A stretch of DNA of 64,000 nucleotides, from IMG/VR virus record IMGVR_UViG_3300021091_000011; one strand, written 5' to 3'. The position numbers and the translations under genes were made by a program. Below, piece after piece: positions 37,521 through 47,237 of the stretch (positions are counted from its first letter, which is position 1; every line of letters starts with the position of its first letter). The notes under the pieces were generated by a model. The model saw nothing but the letters and a program-made list of their open reading frames with translations, did not search any database and was not told the DNA's origin. The stretch is from a virus. Lineage: Duplodnaviria > Caudoviricetes.

Positions 37521-38807
37521 ATGACCGACAAGCCGATCCCTTACACGCTCGCGCAAAACCCTGCACCGAATCCGGCTAATCAAGGCCAAGCCTATCAGCA
37601 GGACAAATCGGCGTTGGTTCAACGCATCATGGCCGCTTTCAGGTCCGTGCTGCCTTCTAACTACGTCGCGGCAACCAACGGCCCTTGGTACTCGTTGCAG
37701 TTTCAAGCCATGGCCGAGCAGTTGGCCGAGATTCAGATTAACGCCAGCGAACTCGCCACGGATTGCGATTGGGATTTCACGCGCTCTGATTTTTTGTGGG
37801 ACTTGCTCGGCGGCGTCGTGTTCCCGAACTCGTCCTCGGGCATCCCTTACATAAACGGCGATGTTGACTATCGGACGTTCCTGCGTCGAATGGTCGAGTT
37901 ACTATTGCAAGGCGCGACCAAAGCCTCGATTCAAGGCGGCATCGAAGCCTTAAACCCGAACGTCACCGCCTATGTGCTCGAAAGATACCTGCAAACGCCG
38001 CCTCGTGACCCGAACGGCGCGTACACGATTGCAGATCAGTTTGCGTTAGACATTCTAATCGACGCCGGAAACTCGTTCCCCGACAATCCGGCGATCTTAC
38101 AAGCCAACATCGAACTCGTACTGCGTGCGCTAAAGCCCGCCCATGTGCTTTGTTCGTATTCGACGCTCTTTCGAGATACTTTCCCGACGCCCGAAGATAA
38201 CGGCGATGCGTTTTCGTGGGACGTTGAGCCGTATTACTACGACGACACTCGCAAGTATTGTCTCGGTGCTAAAGAAATCAGCGGCATCAGCGGCGCGTTC
38301 TTAGCGCGTAGGGATTACTTCTCGGACCCGAGCGTGTCCTTCTCGTCCATTCCGTCCGGCGCGTTGCTTATGATCGGCACGGACCAATACCGTGTTCGCA
38401 GTACGCGGGCATTGCTTACAGGTGCCGATGCGGTCGCAAGGGCGTACACGACATCGCCCTCTGGACTTTCGGGCATGGTCGTCGCTCTCAATGCGACTGA
38501 TTTATACGATGCCGCTCAAGATTGGGGCGCAAGCGCAGTCGAAGGCGAAGTGATTACGATTTTGACGGGGCCGAACTCGGGCGCGTCGTATCGACTTGAG
38601 ACGGTGCTCGGTTCCGACGGTGGGCCTTTGGGCGAGGCCGGATTGTCCGGCAATCGCGTTCGATTGGCACCAACGATCCTCGTGCTGAATCGTCGAGCGT
38701 CGGCTGCTGCGTCTGGTTTGACGTACACGGTCACGGTGGACCGTTTAGGTCAACAGCCCGTGCGTGAAGTCTTGGCCGAAGACGTCGCTATTCAGTTTTG
38801 GTTATAG
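37521..38807 (+). CDS. Baseplate wedge subunit (gpI/gp47-48-like), plus strand
   Basis: FRSVLPSNYVA...TRSDFLWDLLG...DVDYRTFLRRMVELLLQGATKASIQ...LVLRALKPAHV is typical of tail protein I-like subunits. Confidence 0.65.
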   Translation: MTDKPIPYTLAQNPAPNPANQGQAYQQDKSALVQRIMAAFRSVLPSNYVAATNGPWYSLQFQAMAEQLAEIQINASELATDCDWDFTRSDFLWDLLGGVVFPNSSSGIPYINGDVDYRTFLRRMVELLLQGATKASIQGGIEALNPNVTAYVLERYLQTPPRDPNGAYTIADQFALDILIDAGNSFPDNPAILQANIELVLRALKPAHVLCSYSTLFRDTFPTPEDNGDAFSWDVEPYYYDDTRKYCLGAKEISGISGAFLARRDYFSDPSVSFSSIPSGALLMIGTDQYRVRSTRALLTGADAVARAYTTSPSGLSGMVVALNATDLYDAAQDWGASAVEGEVITILTGPNSGASYRLETVLGSDGGPLGEAGLSGNRVRLAPTILVLNRRASAAASGLTYTVTVDRLGQQPVREVLAEDVAIQFWL

Positions 38808-39201
38808 CCCACGGAGCTTCCGTGAGTACGGAGATTCCGTAGTCGTCCTGCAAGATACGCGAGCACTCGCTCACGGCTTCGTCTCGGGTCGTGAACGGAC
38901 CAATCTCCATGATTGAATCCGCGTCCATCAAGACCGCCTGAAAGAACGACGGGTCAGACCTGTATATACGAGCGACGGGCCGATTCGACCCGACCGACTT
39001 TAGCGCGATGGCAAGCGCATAAGGGTTGCTCTCGTACTCCGCGTACAAATCAATATCGACGATGAACGCGGCGTCGCCATTGTCGTAAATGGGTGGCGGG
39101 TAAAAAGAAGAAGGTTCCGCATGGAACAAAGCCCGCTCGACGCAAATGCGATTCAGCGGGTCAGCCAGCATCGCCTTTACTATCTTGTACCTTTCGGTCA
39201 C
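38788..39201 (-). CDS. Hypothetical protein
   Basis: 137-aa ORF converging on the plus-strand baseplate gene. Confidence 0.55.
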   Translation of the reverse strand: MTERYKIVKAMLADPLNRICVERALFHAEPSSFYPPPIYDNGDAAFIVDIDLYAEYESNPYALAIALKSVGSNRPVARIYRSDPSFFQAVLMDADSIMEIGPFTTRDEAVSECSRILQDDYGISVLTEAPWAITKTE

Positions 39202-39574
39202 GCAATTCTCCGAACTTTGCTTCTAGCATTTTAAGCCCCATACGCCTCACACGATACCCCAAAATCTCATCGTTGTCTCTATCGTTGTAGTAAAGGGCTT
39301 CAGCCAAGCAGTTAGCGAGTTCTTTTCGCGTCGCCTCAAGTACGGCGTTTCCAATCTCGTCTAATTCTTCCTCGGTGATCTTCGATAGCAACTGAAGCGA
39401 AAGCGAATCGTTGTCAATCGCGGCTTGCCTTATCGCCTCGCGCACGCTTTCAAACGATTCCGCGTAAAGTCCGGAAACGCGGTCGTACTCGTCTACGCAT
39501 CCCGGACAAACAAGGTTAGAGATAGATAGTAACCACTTCGCTGACGTTGCCATCGGATTCGACCTCGGGTTCAT
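39161..39574 (-). CDS. Hypothetical protein
   Basis: Helical ORF with CPGC near the N-terminus. Confidence 0.55.
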   Translation of the reverse strand: MNPRSNPMATSAKWLLSISNLVCPGCVDEYDRVSGLYAESFESVREAIRQAAIDNDSLSLQLLSKITEEELDEIGNAVLEATRKELANCLAEALYYNDRDNDEILGYRVRRMGLKMLEAKFGELRDRKVQDSKGDAG

Positions 39575-39674
39575 CCTCGCCGATGACGATCACACGGCGA
39601 GGCTCCCTCTCTTGCTTCTTTACCTCCACAGGGGGTGGTGGCGGTGGTAGCGGTAGTTGAAGATCGTTACTCAT
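39516..39674 (-). CDS. Small Pro/Glu-rich hypothetical protein
   Basis: MSNDLQLPLPPPPPPV..., GGGGA SD-like sequence. Confidence 0.45.
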   Translation of the reverse strand: MSNDLQLPLPPPPPPVEVKKQEREPRRVIVIGEDEPEVESDGNVSEVVTIYL

Positions 39675-39794
39675 AGATTCCCCCCTTCCATCTGAGAATT
39701 GCGTTTGCGAAGCGTTCTTCGCGCTCGATCTCGGTCCTGCGTTTGTGGCGCAGTACCCATATAATAGTTCCAATAGCCATTATTACGCCGACCG

Positions 39795-40220
39795 TCATCC
39801 CGCGTACCCCGCGATACCCTGAATCGACGTGCCGCCGCCGCCGCCGTGCATCCCGTCAAAGCGACCCGCGTTCGGGTTCGCCGTGAACCCGCGCACGGGC
39901 TTATCGAACTCACGGTGCTTCAGCTTGAAGCCGTAGGCCGCGAGTTCGGCCTTGATGTTCGCCACGATCTTTTGCGTCGTCGCGTTCAACACTTGAAGTT
40001 CGAACGCCGTGTATTCCTCACGGTCGTTGTCTGCCAAGTGCTCTGCGAACGCCTCGACCGAAGCAAACTCCGGCTCCTTCGGATTCAGCCCGCCGAAGCG
40101 GACCAGCCCCGTCTGAACAGGCTCGGCGACTTCACGCCGCATCGCACGCCGCTCGGCGCGCTCTTCGGCAATCTGGTCTTCACGGTCTTGATTGTGGGGG
40201 ACGAAACCGATGCGGCGCAT
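39795..40220 (-). CDS. Hypothetical protein (island 2)
   Basis: MRRIGFVPH... with AAGGAG SD supplied by the end of the bipartite element. Confidence 0.65.
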   Translation of the reverse strand: MRRIGFVPHNQDREDQIAEERAERRAMRREVAEPVQTGLVRFGGLNPKEPEFASVEAFAEHLADNDREEYTAFELQVLNATTQKIVANIKAELAAYGFKLKHREFDKPVRGFTANPNAGRFDGMHGGGGGTSIQGIAGYAG

Positions 40221-40229
40221 GGCAGGCTC

Positions 40230-40273
40230 CTTACACCATCCAAACGGTCGGCAACCGCTTGGAAAACCGAAAA
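40230..40273 (-). promoter_or_regulatory. Bipartite element, single copy in tandem with the cassette
   Basis: Same consensus and spacing as the other copies. Confidence 0.7.
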
Positions 40274-40295
40274 TCGGCGGGAGCACCATGCCCCG

Positions 40296-40394
40296 CTTAC
40301 ACCATCCAAACGGTTCAAGTCGGGCTAGAAAACCGAAAATCGACGTCACTTTTTCGGTTTTCTAGGGCCTGCCCGACCGTTTGGATGGTGTAAG
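40296..40394. promoter_or_regulatory. 99-bp bidirectional cassette
   Basis: Elements at 40296-40339 (-) and 40351-40394 (+), with an 11-nt core TCGACGTCACT. Confidence 0.75.
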
Positions 40395-40411
40395 CACAAC
40401 CTCAAGGAGCG

Positions 40412-40927
40412 ATGAACATGGAACACTTCAACGGAAAGGACATCTTCGCGGCAATCGCCGCGAAGTTCGACTACATCCCCCGCCCCCACACTACCGGCCA
40501 CGTCACGGACTACGACGTGTCTAGGCTGATCTCCGGACTTCTCGACTCCCTTGCGGAGATTGAGAACGTCTACTTCACCAAGCCAAACCGGAAAGGGCGC
40601 GACCGTCTGACCGCTGCGGAGTTCATCACGGAGACGGTCAATTTGACAATCGCGGACTACCGCGAAAACTATGAGCGGCCCGCGCCCGCCGATCTCATGC
40701 GCGGCTTGCAGGACATCGCGGCGACGCTCACGCAAGACGCCGTCCGCGAGGCTTGCGCCGCGTTGGAAGAGCGGGTCAGCGTTGACGTTTGCCACTTCTT
40801 TGGCGACATCGACGACTTGATGACGGGCAGGCTTGAAATCCCTCGGAATTTCCTGCGCGATCTGATTAGCGAGGGTGCGATGATTATCTCACAGGAGATC
40901 AAGAAGGAAGCGGCAAAGGCCGCTTAA
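40412..40927 (+). CDS. Hypothetical protein (island 2)
   Basis: AAGGAG SD immediately after the cassette. Confidence 0.7.
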   Translation: MNMEHFNGKDIFAAIAAKFDYIPRPHTTGHVTDYDVSRLISGLLDSLAEIENVYFTKPNRKGRDRLTAAEFITETVNLTIADYRENYERPAPADLMRGLQDIAATLTQDAVREACAALEERVSVDVCHFFGDIDDLMTGRLEIPRNFLRDLISEGAMIISQEIKKEAAKAA

Positions 40928-40942
40928 GGCTTCTTGATTGCG

Positions 40943-41698
40943 TCAGACGTAATCTTCGCCCTCAAGCGGGCGCACAGCAAAGACGGCTCGATAATCTCGG
41001 GCGGTCTTGCCATGAATCGAACGCACGGACTTGATCACGCCCTCGTGACGAGTCCCATCGGGCTTCTTGCCGCCTGCGTTCCCCTCATACGTCTCAAACT
41101 TGCCGTCCGGATTTAACGCCGTCGCCGCCAAAGTGACGTGGGCACCGTCGGCATCGCCCTCCGGCCCAATCACGACGATGTCGCCAGGCTGAATACCCGA
41201 CAGCGGGATTCGACGTGCGTTACCCTTCGACCAAACCCAAAGTCGATACGTCGAAGCGATGTGCTTCTTGCGGAGCAGAGGCTTCAGGCCGACCTGCCCA
41301 TAGCACCACGCCGCAAATGCACCGCACCACTCGAACATTCCGTTCTTCGTGTACGGAATGTTCGGTCTCGCAGTAGGCCCAATCTCCGCAGTAGACCAAC
41401 CTAAGCCGGACGCGCCACGGATATACTCGTCGATGCGAGCCGCGCCGTTTTTCGGGCCACCGGAAACAGGCTCCGTCACGCCGCGCATCCACTCGGTATG
41501 CGCGACCTGAATCAGCCGATCCATGCGCGACTGATGAGCGTCGAGCGCCGGAGGCTCGCAAACAAGAGCCTTCTCGTCTACGGGTTCGTCCGGATGGCCG
41601 TTGAGTTTCGCCATCTGGACTTCACGGCCCATACGACGCATCTCGGTCGCAACGGTTTCCGTCAGGGCTTCAAGGGCTAGGGAGATCAGAGGGTTCAA
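40943..41698 (-). CDS. CHAP-domain peptidoglycan hydrolase
   Basis: EWCGAFAAWCY (Cys), QPGDIVVI, GAHV (His) and ETYEGN. Confidence 0.75.
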   Translation of the reverse strand: MNPLISLALEALTETVATEMRRMGREVQMAKLNGHPDEPVDEKALVCEPPALDAHQSRMDRLIQVAHTEWMRGVTEPVSGGPKNGAARIDEYIRGASGLGWSTAEIGPTARPNIPYTKNGMFEWCGAFAAWCYGQVGLKPLLRKKHIASTYRLWVWSKGNARRIPLSGIQPGDIVVIGPEGDADGAHVTLAATALNPDGKFETYEGNAGGKKPDGTRHEGVIKSVRSIHGKTARDYRAVFAVRPLEGEDYV

Positions 41699-42152
41699 TG
41701 TGAGGTCTCCTGCTGCGTGGGATGTATTTCTCGTAGAAAGAATGGGTCAGCGTGCCGACCAAGTTCTTTCTACCAGCGTGGCAAACAGCCGGATTATCGG
41801 AAGGACCGCAGTAGAAGTAAGCGTCATGTGCCCATGCCGGAACAGGCAGGGAGTCGAAAGTAGCGAGTATGCCGAGTGTCAGGTGATGGGGCTTCCAGAA
41901 TCGAGGCGATTCAGGGCACTTGGTCGCGTAAGCGTTGGGGTAACTCAGCGCGTCAAAGAGCGAATAGCCAAACTTCTTAGAGCGATTCACGGCGGTCTGC
42001 AAAACCACCGCGCCGTCTTGGGAGTCGATGCCGGACTCGCAACGGACTACGTTGGTTGCGAGTTTGATAGTCTTGATCGTGTCAAGCGATTTCGGGATTT
42101 CGGGGATGATGTGGGCTTTTGCTGCCAAAACAAATGCAATGAAAGAGAGCAT
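41670..42152 (-). CDS. SleB-like cell-wall hydrolase with hydrophobic N-terminus
   Basis: VVRCESG...GAVVLQTAVNRS...YPNAYA...AYFY...HSFY follows the Hydrolase_2 pattern. Confidence 0.55.
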   Translation of the reverse strand: MLSFIAFVLAAKAHIIPEIPKSLDTIKTIKLATNVVRCESGIDSQDGAVVLQTAVNRSKKFGYSLFDALSYPNAYATKCPESPRFWKPHHLTLGILATFDSLPVPAWAHDAYFYCGPSDNPAVCHAGRKNLVGTLTHSFYEKYIPRSRRPHIEPSDLPSP

Positions 42153-42153
42153 T

Positions 42154-42270
42154 TCAGCGTCCTTCGGTTAGGGCGCAAATAAGCGCGAGCACCGTCCAAA
42201 GGATCAGCGCCACGCTAGGCGAGATCAATGGAACGGCTTTACGTCTGATTTCAGGGTCATAACGGCGCAC
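42154..42270 (-). CDS. 38-aa single-transmembrane peptide (not in the ORF track)
   Basis: Manual translation from GTG: MRRYDPEIRRKAVPLISPSVALILWTVLALICALTEGR. Stop lies 1 nt before the SleB-like ATG. Confidence 0.4.
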   Translation of the reverse strand: MRRYDPEIRRKAVPLISPSVALILWTVLALICALTEGR

Positions 42271-42312
42271 GGAGTAATCTTACCGCGCACTATGTAGGTT
42301 TATGCCCCTTAT

Positions 42313-42588
42313 TTAGTCAAACTGATTTCCACCTTGGGCTGCTTCAAGCAATCCAGAGTATGAAACGTATTGGCCTTCGCCGAAAGCGGGCGGTGCCGCA
42401 CCGACGTCATCGAACGCGCGTGCAAAAATCAGGAATACGGCGAGAATGTCCTGCTTTGAGTAGCCCTCGTCACGAAGGCTATTTACGAATGCCAACGAGT
42501 TCGCGCCAAGTGCCTGCGACAAAAGTTCTTCAGGCGGCAGGTTGTCGACGTACACCTGCCAATCTTCCAACGTGATCGGATATTCCAT
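42313..42588 (-). CDS. Hypothetical protein
   Basis: 91 aa, in a TAATG overlap with the helicase gene. Confidence 0.6.
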   Translation of the reverse strand: MEYPITLEDWQVYVDNLPPEELLSQALGANSLAFVNSLRDEGYSKQDILAVFLIFARAFDDVGAAPPAFGEGQYVSYSGLLEAAQGGNQFD

Positions 42589-45500
42589 TATGGGCTCCCT
42601 TGCTTGCCGATTTGCGTGGCGTAAGGTGAAAGCGCACGCTCAAGCATCTTGCGGTCAAGGCTATACGTCCCCGACCGCTGACGCTCGATGTTCGTCCACG
42701 TCTCGCCAAGCACGAACGTCTTGCTGTCCTTGATGATGCTGTCGAACAGCGCGGAGTCCATCTCCTGCATATAGCGGCGAATCAGGTCGAGCGTCATATC
42801 GTCTTTCGCGTTCGCGCGGGGGTTCGAATACACGGTGTCCATCGTGAATTCGGTGACGGGCTGACGCTGACCGGAACGCCACGCACGCGCGGTGCGCTGC
42901 TTCATCGTCTCGCTTGACCACGAATCGCGGTCAAGGTGAACGACCGATGAGAACGCCTGAAGATTCTGGCCGACCGCGTACTTGCCGGACAAGGTCAACG
43001 TGAGAAGCGTGCTATCACGTTGAATCTGCTTCAGGATGACCGTGGCCCATTCAGCGGGCTTGGCCTTCAAGCCCGTATCAGGGTCCGTGTACGCCTTCTG
43101 GCGATAGACCGTTTCCTTGCCCATCGCGTCACGGAAAATGATCTGGTCGCTCAAAGCAAGCGCGTGGGCACGCATCGGGTATGTGTCGACGAAGTTCTGG
43201 AAAGCGCGTTGAACCAGCGGGACAGAATCGCCGAAGAAGATCGTCTTGCTCGTGAGCCTATCACGCAAAATCGAGTTCGCTCGCTCAAGTTTCGGGTTAG
43301 AAGCACCCGGAACAATCTCTTCCGGCACGTCGGAGAGTTTGGTGAGCAACGCGATCAACTTCGCCAACTTGACGCGGGAAGCCTCGATTGCGATGGGCTG
43401 ATTGCTTCGCACGCCCTTATTGGCGACGTTCTTCAGTTCACTAAGCAACTGCCCCATCGTCTGACGATACATAGCCTCCACTTGGGGGTCCATCGTCAAC
43501 GCAGCGGAGGGCGTTACTATGAGTTCGGGCAAGCCCGTCTCATCGCGCGTATCCCGCTTGTCGCCATAGTAGAGGTTACGCTTCACCCACGACCGCATAT
43601 CTTCTTCGAGATCGGGGTCATCCGTCACGCCGACAATACGATTGCCGACTTTCTTAGCGAAGCGGTTGATGAAGAGCCGTTCTTCCGTCCGGCCCTCTCT
43701 CGTGTTCAAATCCACGCCGTTCGTCACGGACGCCATCGTGTAGATATCACGCGGCGTATTGACGATAGGCGACGCAGACAAAATGATCTTGCGATCACAC
43801 TTGACCGCAGTAGCGGCCTTGTATTTCGCTGAAGAACGCTTGATCAAGTGCAAATGCGCTTCGTCGAAGAAGATCGCGGTGTAATCATCACCGTAGGTGG
43901 GGTCGTCCTTGCGGTTCTTCAGGAACATCGCATAGGTCACAACATCGGTGTTCTCAAGGATGTTCGCGGCGTCGTAAGAACCCCTATCGTCGCTCAGATT
44001 CGCCGTGACCTCTTTGGCGAAGTTACCGAGCAAAGACTTCTCGCAGACGAACAAGAAACGCCCGTTGCCGGAGATTTCCTCACCCTGATTCATACGCATT
44101 TGCAGATTGCGAATCGTCGCAATTGCCACGGTCGTTTTTCCCAAGCCCGTGTCTAACGCGCAAACGCCACGGTCGCCATTGGCCTCAAGCCAAGCGAGGG
44201 CCTTCTTTTGGAAGTGCCAAAGGGGTCGGCGCATCCCAAGATCGTCGAAACGTGCAAGGTCCTCGGACTCCGCAGCCTGTTGAGCGCGAAGCAGATCGTC
44301 AAAATATGCCTTGAGGAAACGCGCAGCGGCATTGGACATAGCAACGCCGCCAACGCGCTTCTTGATCGCCGTAAAATCTTTCGCGTCGAATATGAACAGG
44401 TTGCCAAGGTCATTCTTGACCTTGATGATAGTCGGCTGGATTAGCGAGAGTTTGTCAACAGCCTCTCGCGCCGCGCCCTTGATCTTCTTCTCTTTGAGCA
44501 ACACGGGGTCTTTGGGGTCACGCCCACGGGTGCTATGCAAGCGAATCAGGAGTTTCTGCTTGCCCTTGTGCTTGACGAGCGTGATATACGGCTCTTGCTC
44601 GGCGCGAATCAGTTTATCAATCGCGGTGCCCTTGGGATTCTCACGGCGCGTAATGCGCTGCGAGTCCGCATCATAGTAATAGACCGAGCCTTCGATTTGA
44701 CGGCCCGCGACGTTCACTAGATCGGGAAGCGCGAAACCCTTGAAGCGCCCCGACTGCACATAGTCCGTACCGTTGATTTCCACGACGGGGTACAGACGAG
44801 TCAGGGCTGAGTCTTTCAGCGGGTCATCTGTGAGGCTGACGTAACGAATCTGGTCAACCGGAACTTCACTCAAGCGGTCGATCATCTCAGGCGTCAAAGA
44901 ACGCATCGAATTCAAGTCCTTCAGGGACTTAGGATTAATGCGGGCCTCTTCCTGATACTGCTTGTTCGACTCGCGGATTTTGGCGAAATACTCGTCAATC
45001 GGAGTGCGGCTACCGTCAATGTCGTAGACGATGCGCTCACCCGTATCCGCATCTTGGCCGACCATCACGACACGGCCAAAGATGTTGGCTCGCGTCGGCG
45101 TCAGGCCGTCTTTGACGATGCGCGATTCGATCTTAACCGTGAGTTTCTTGATCTGCTCTTGGCTCTTGAGCGTGCGCGCGTATAAATCAGGATCGTCGTA
45201 CTTTAGTTTCTCGACCACTTCTTGCTTCGCCGAAGCCAAACGCAACTGCGGCCAGCGCAGATTCGGAAGGTTCACGAAGGTAACAGAAGTGAACACGCCC
45301 TTGTCAGCCAAATACGCACGAAGCAACTCGGCGTAGTTATTGGCAACCGTGCGCCACATCGTCAGCGGGATGACCGCGTTCGGATTACCGATGCGCCGAA
45401 TCGAGGGCAACAAAACGCGGTACTGCTGCTCGACAATATCGAACAGGTCGTTGCGCTTGATACCCTTAGAAATCAGGGAATACGCGATCCGAAAACGATT

Positions 45501-45713
45501 GGCGAGTTCGCTATCAGGCCCTTCATCTAGGCTTACGTCGAAATCGTCAATGACATCGTCTTCTGAAACCACCGCAACGTACTTTTGCCGCAGGTCCTCG
45601 TAGACCACGAGGATATCGAGCGCGCGGGGGTTCGTACCAACTTCACGGCGCAGCCCGACGAACACGGCGCGGGAAAACGCTGAAGTCAGCGTAGGTACAG
45701 GATTAGGCGTCAT
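42588..45713 (-). CDS. SNF2-family helicase with long N-terminal extension (1041 aa)
   Basis: WHFQKKAL (Q motif), LDTGLGKT (I), FFDEAH (II), LSASP (III), GQNLQ (V), KQRTARAWRSGQ (VI). Confidence 0.85.
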   Translation of the reverse strand: MTPNPVPTLTSAFSRAVFVGLRREVGTNPRALDILVVYEDLRQKYVAVVSEDDVIDDFDVSLDEGPDSELANRFRIAYSLISKGIKRNDLFDIVEQQYRVLLPSIRRIGNPNAVIPLTMWRTVANNYAELLRAYLADKGVFTSVTFVNLPNLRWPQLRLASAKQEVVEKLKYDDPDLYARTLKSQEQIKKLTVKIESRIVKDGLTPTRANIFGRVVMVGQDADTGERIVYDIDGSRTPIDEYFAKIRESNKQYQEEARINPKSLKDLNSMRSLTPEMIDRLSEVPVDQIRYVSLTDDPLKDSALTRLYPVVEINGTDYVQSGRFKGFALPDLVNVAGRQIEGSVYYYDADSQRITRRENPKGTAIDKLIRAEQEPYITLVKHKGKQKLLIRLHSTRGRDPKDPVLLKEKKIKGAAREAVDKLSLIQPTIIKVKNDLGNLFIFDAKDFTAIKKRVGGVAMSNAAARFLKAYFDDLLRAQQAAESEDLARFDDLGMRRPLWHFQKKALAWLEANGDRGVCALDTGLGKTTVAIATIRNLQMRMNQGEEISGNGRFLFVCEKSLLGNFAKEVTANLSDDRGSYDAANILENTDVVTYAMFLKNRKDDPTYGDDYTAIFFDEAHLHLIKRSSAKYKAATAVKCDRKIILSASPIVNTPRDIYTMASVTNGVDLNTREGRTEERLFINRFAKKVGNRIVGVTDDPDLEEDMRSWVKRNLYYGDKRDTRDETGLPELIVTPSAALTMDPQVEAMYRQTMGQLLSELKNVANKGVRSNQPIAIEASRVKLAKLIALLTKLSDVPEEIVPGASNPKLERANSILRDRLTSKTIFFGDSVPLVQRAFQNFVDTYPMRAHALALSDQIIFRDAMGKETVYRQKAYTDPDTGLKAKPAEWATVILKQIQRDSTLLTLTLSGKYAVGQNLQAFSSVVHLDRDSWSSETMKQRTARAWRSGQRQPVTEFTMDTVYSNPRANAKDDMTLDLIRRYMQEMDSALFDSIIKDSKTFVLGETWTNIERQRSGTYSLDRKMLERALSPYATQIGKQGSP

Positions 45714-46374
45714 AGATCGTTTCGCCCCACTCAGAGTCTAAAGAACCGTAATCAGGACGAAGCGACAAAGGCTGCTCCATGTATTCGCCACGGTCGCGGC
45801 CCTTGTGCTTTTCAGCACGGTCGTACTTGCTCTTGTCCCGATGCGCGCCGCCACCCGAAGGCGGGTTCAGGATCATCGCACGCGCAGCAGGGTCACGCTG
45901 CGGCGGCAACTTGCCTTTGATCTTGACCAAGGATTTACCCGCGACACGCTTCGTGCCACCCTCGGCGTAACCTTGAGCGGCTTCCCACGCCGTAAAGCCG
46001 TCGTCAAAACCGTACTTGGCGAGGCGGTCGTGCAAATGCGGCGGCAAGTCGACGAGCTTCGCCAAATACGCCGAACCCAAGTCGTCCTCGCCGACCACGC
46101 CAAGCCAATAGTCTTTGTTCATCGCGTTGGGCATATCGGCGATGCCGAACAAATACCCATCCGTCGAAACCAGCGCCCAAACCTCGGTGAACGCTGCGGT
46201 CTTGCGACCTTTGCCCGTGAAATAACCTTCAGGCCCACGCTTACAATGGGGGCTACCAGGCTTCTTATACTTGCACCAGCGCGACCATGCAATCGCCCAC
46301 GCTTTAGACTCGGGCATCCCCGCGTCTAAGCCCTCTTGAACGTAGCGTTCAACATCAGCAGGTAAGTTTGGCAT
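45703..46374 (-). CDS. Putative virion protein with ChaB-like N-terminal helix pair
   Basis: LPADVERYVQEGLDAGMPESKAWAIAWSRWCK; basic C-terminus. Confidence 0.45.
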   Translation of the reverse strand: MPNLPADVERYVQEGLDAGMPESKAWAIAWSRWCKYKKPGSPHCKRGPEGYFTGKGRKTAAFTEVWALVSTDGYLFGIADMPNAMNKDYWLGVVGEDDLGSAYLAKLVDLPPHLHDRLAKYGFDDGFTAWEAAQGYAEGGTKRVAGKSLVKIKGKLPPQRDPAARAMILNPPSGGGAHRDKSKYDRAEKHKGRDRGEYMEQPLSLRPDYGSLDSEWGETIYDA

Positions 46375-46415
46375 TTACGGCTCCTGGAATTCGCCTATGT
46401 TCGACAATAGGCAAA

Positions 46416-47237
46416 CTACAACGCCGTGTTCGCTTCCTCGCCGCTCGCCACATCGTTCATCAAGTTCGGGTACGCCGCGAGTGCTTCGGTATTGGACGCA
46501 GCATTGACCGACACGGTGCCGTCCTCAGAGGGCACATGGTAGATCGAATCCACCGTGTAAACGATCTTCGCCACAGTCAGGTCGTCGTCGTAACGGCTCT
46601 CGTCGTAAATCATCGAAGAAACGCCGTAGCCTCGAACAGCCCAACATAAATCGTCCAACTCCTGCTCCAACTGCTCACGCAGGTCGCAGAGTTTCAGAAT
46701 GCGGTGCTCAATCGCGTTGCGCTTGAACTTGATTTCTTTGCTCACCCACTTGCGGGACCGCAGGATCAAATCGCCCGTAGGTCCGTCGGGCGTAATCACG
46801 GGTCCACCGCTTCGGCTAGGCTTGAACTTTTGAATCGTAGAATCAGACGTTGTAGGCGGGCCACCATACGAATAGGCAAATCCCACCGATGTCGAAACGC
46901 CGCCCGAAGGCTGCGAGGATTGACCATCGACGCTATCGGGCAACGCCTTGTCCGGTGACAAGAACATCGAGATATCAAACGGATTGCCGCCCAAAGACAC
47001 ATAGGCCGAAAACAGTTTGCCGAGACTCGTTAAAGGCTCGACGGTGATGCTCAGGCGCGTTTCATTCGTGACGCCGTTCGTAGAACCGTAACGAATCGTC
47101 ACGTCGCCGATTCGACCCATCTCGGCCAGAATCGCCAACTCACGTTTGCTCGCGTCACGCCGTTCGTCAAGGATGAACTTGCGGTACGCACGCCATTGAC
47201 CCTCACGAAATCGTCCTGTCCATGAAAACGAAGGCAT
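46416..47237 (-). CDS. Putative structural protein
   Basis: 273 aa, in an overlapping chain with 47237-49624 below a late motif. Confidence 0.55.
   Translation of the reverse strand: MPSFSWTGRFREGQWRAYRKFILDERRDASKRELAILAEMGRIGDVTIRYGSTNGVTNETRLSITVEPLTSLGKLFSAYVSLGGNPFDISMFLSPDKALPDSVDGQSSQPSGGVSTSVGFAYSYGGPPTTSDSTIQKFKPSRSGGPVITPDGPTGDLILRSRKWVSKEIKFKRNAIEHRILKLCDLREQLEQELDDLCWAVRGYGVSSMIYDESRYDDDLTVAKIVYTVDSIYHVPSEDGTVSVNAASNTEALAAYPNLMNDVASGEEANTAL

Noticed and set aside
31481-38814. 15-bp repeat GGTTATAGCCCACGG at 31481 and 38800
   Set aside because: Only two short copies, one in a terminator and one within overlapping coding sequence; this could be chance.
42588-45713. Intein in the SNF2 helicase or other large genes
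   Set aside because: No C/S...HN-[CST] splice junctions or LAGLIDADG blocks were recognised, and helicase motif spacing is normal.
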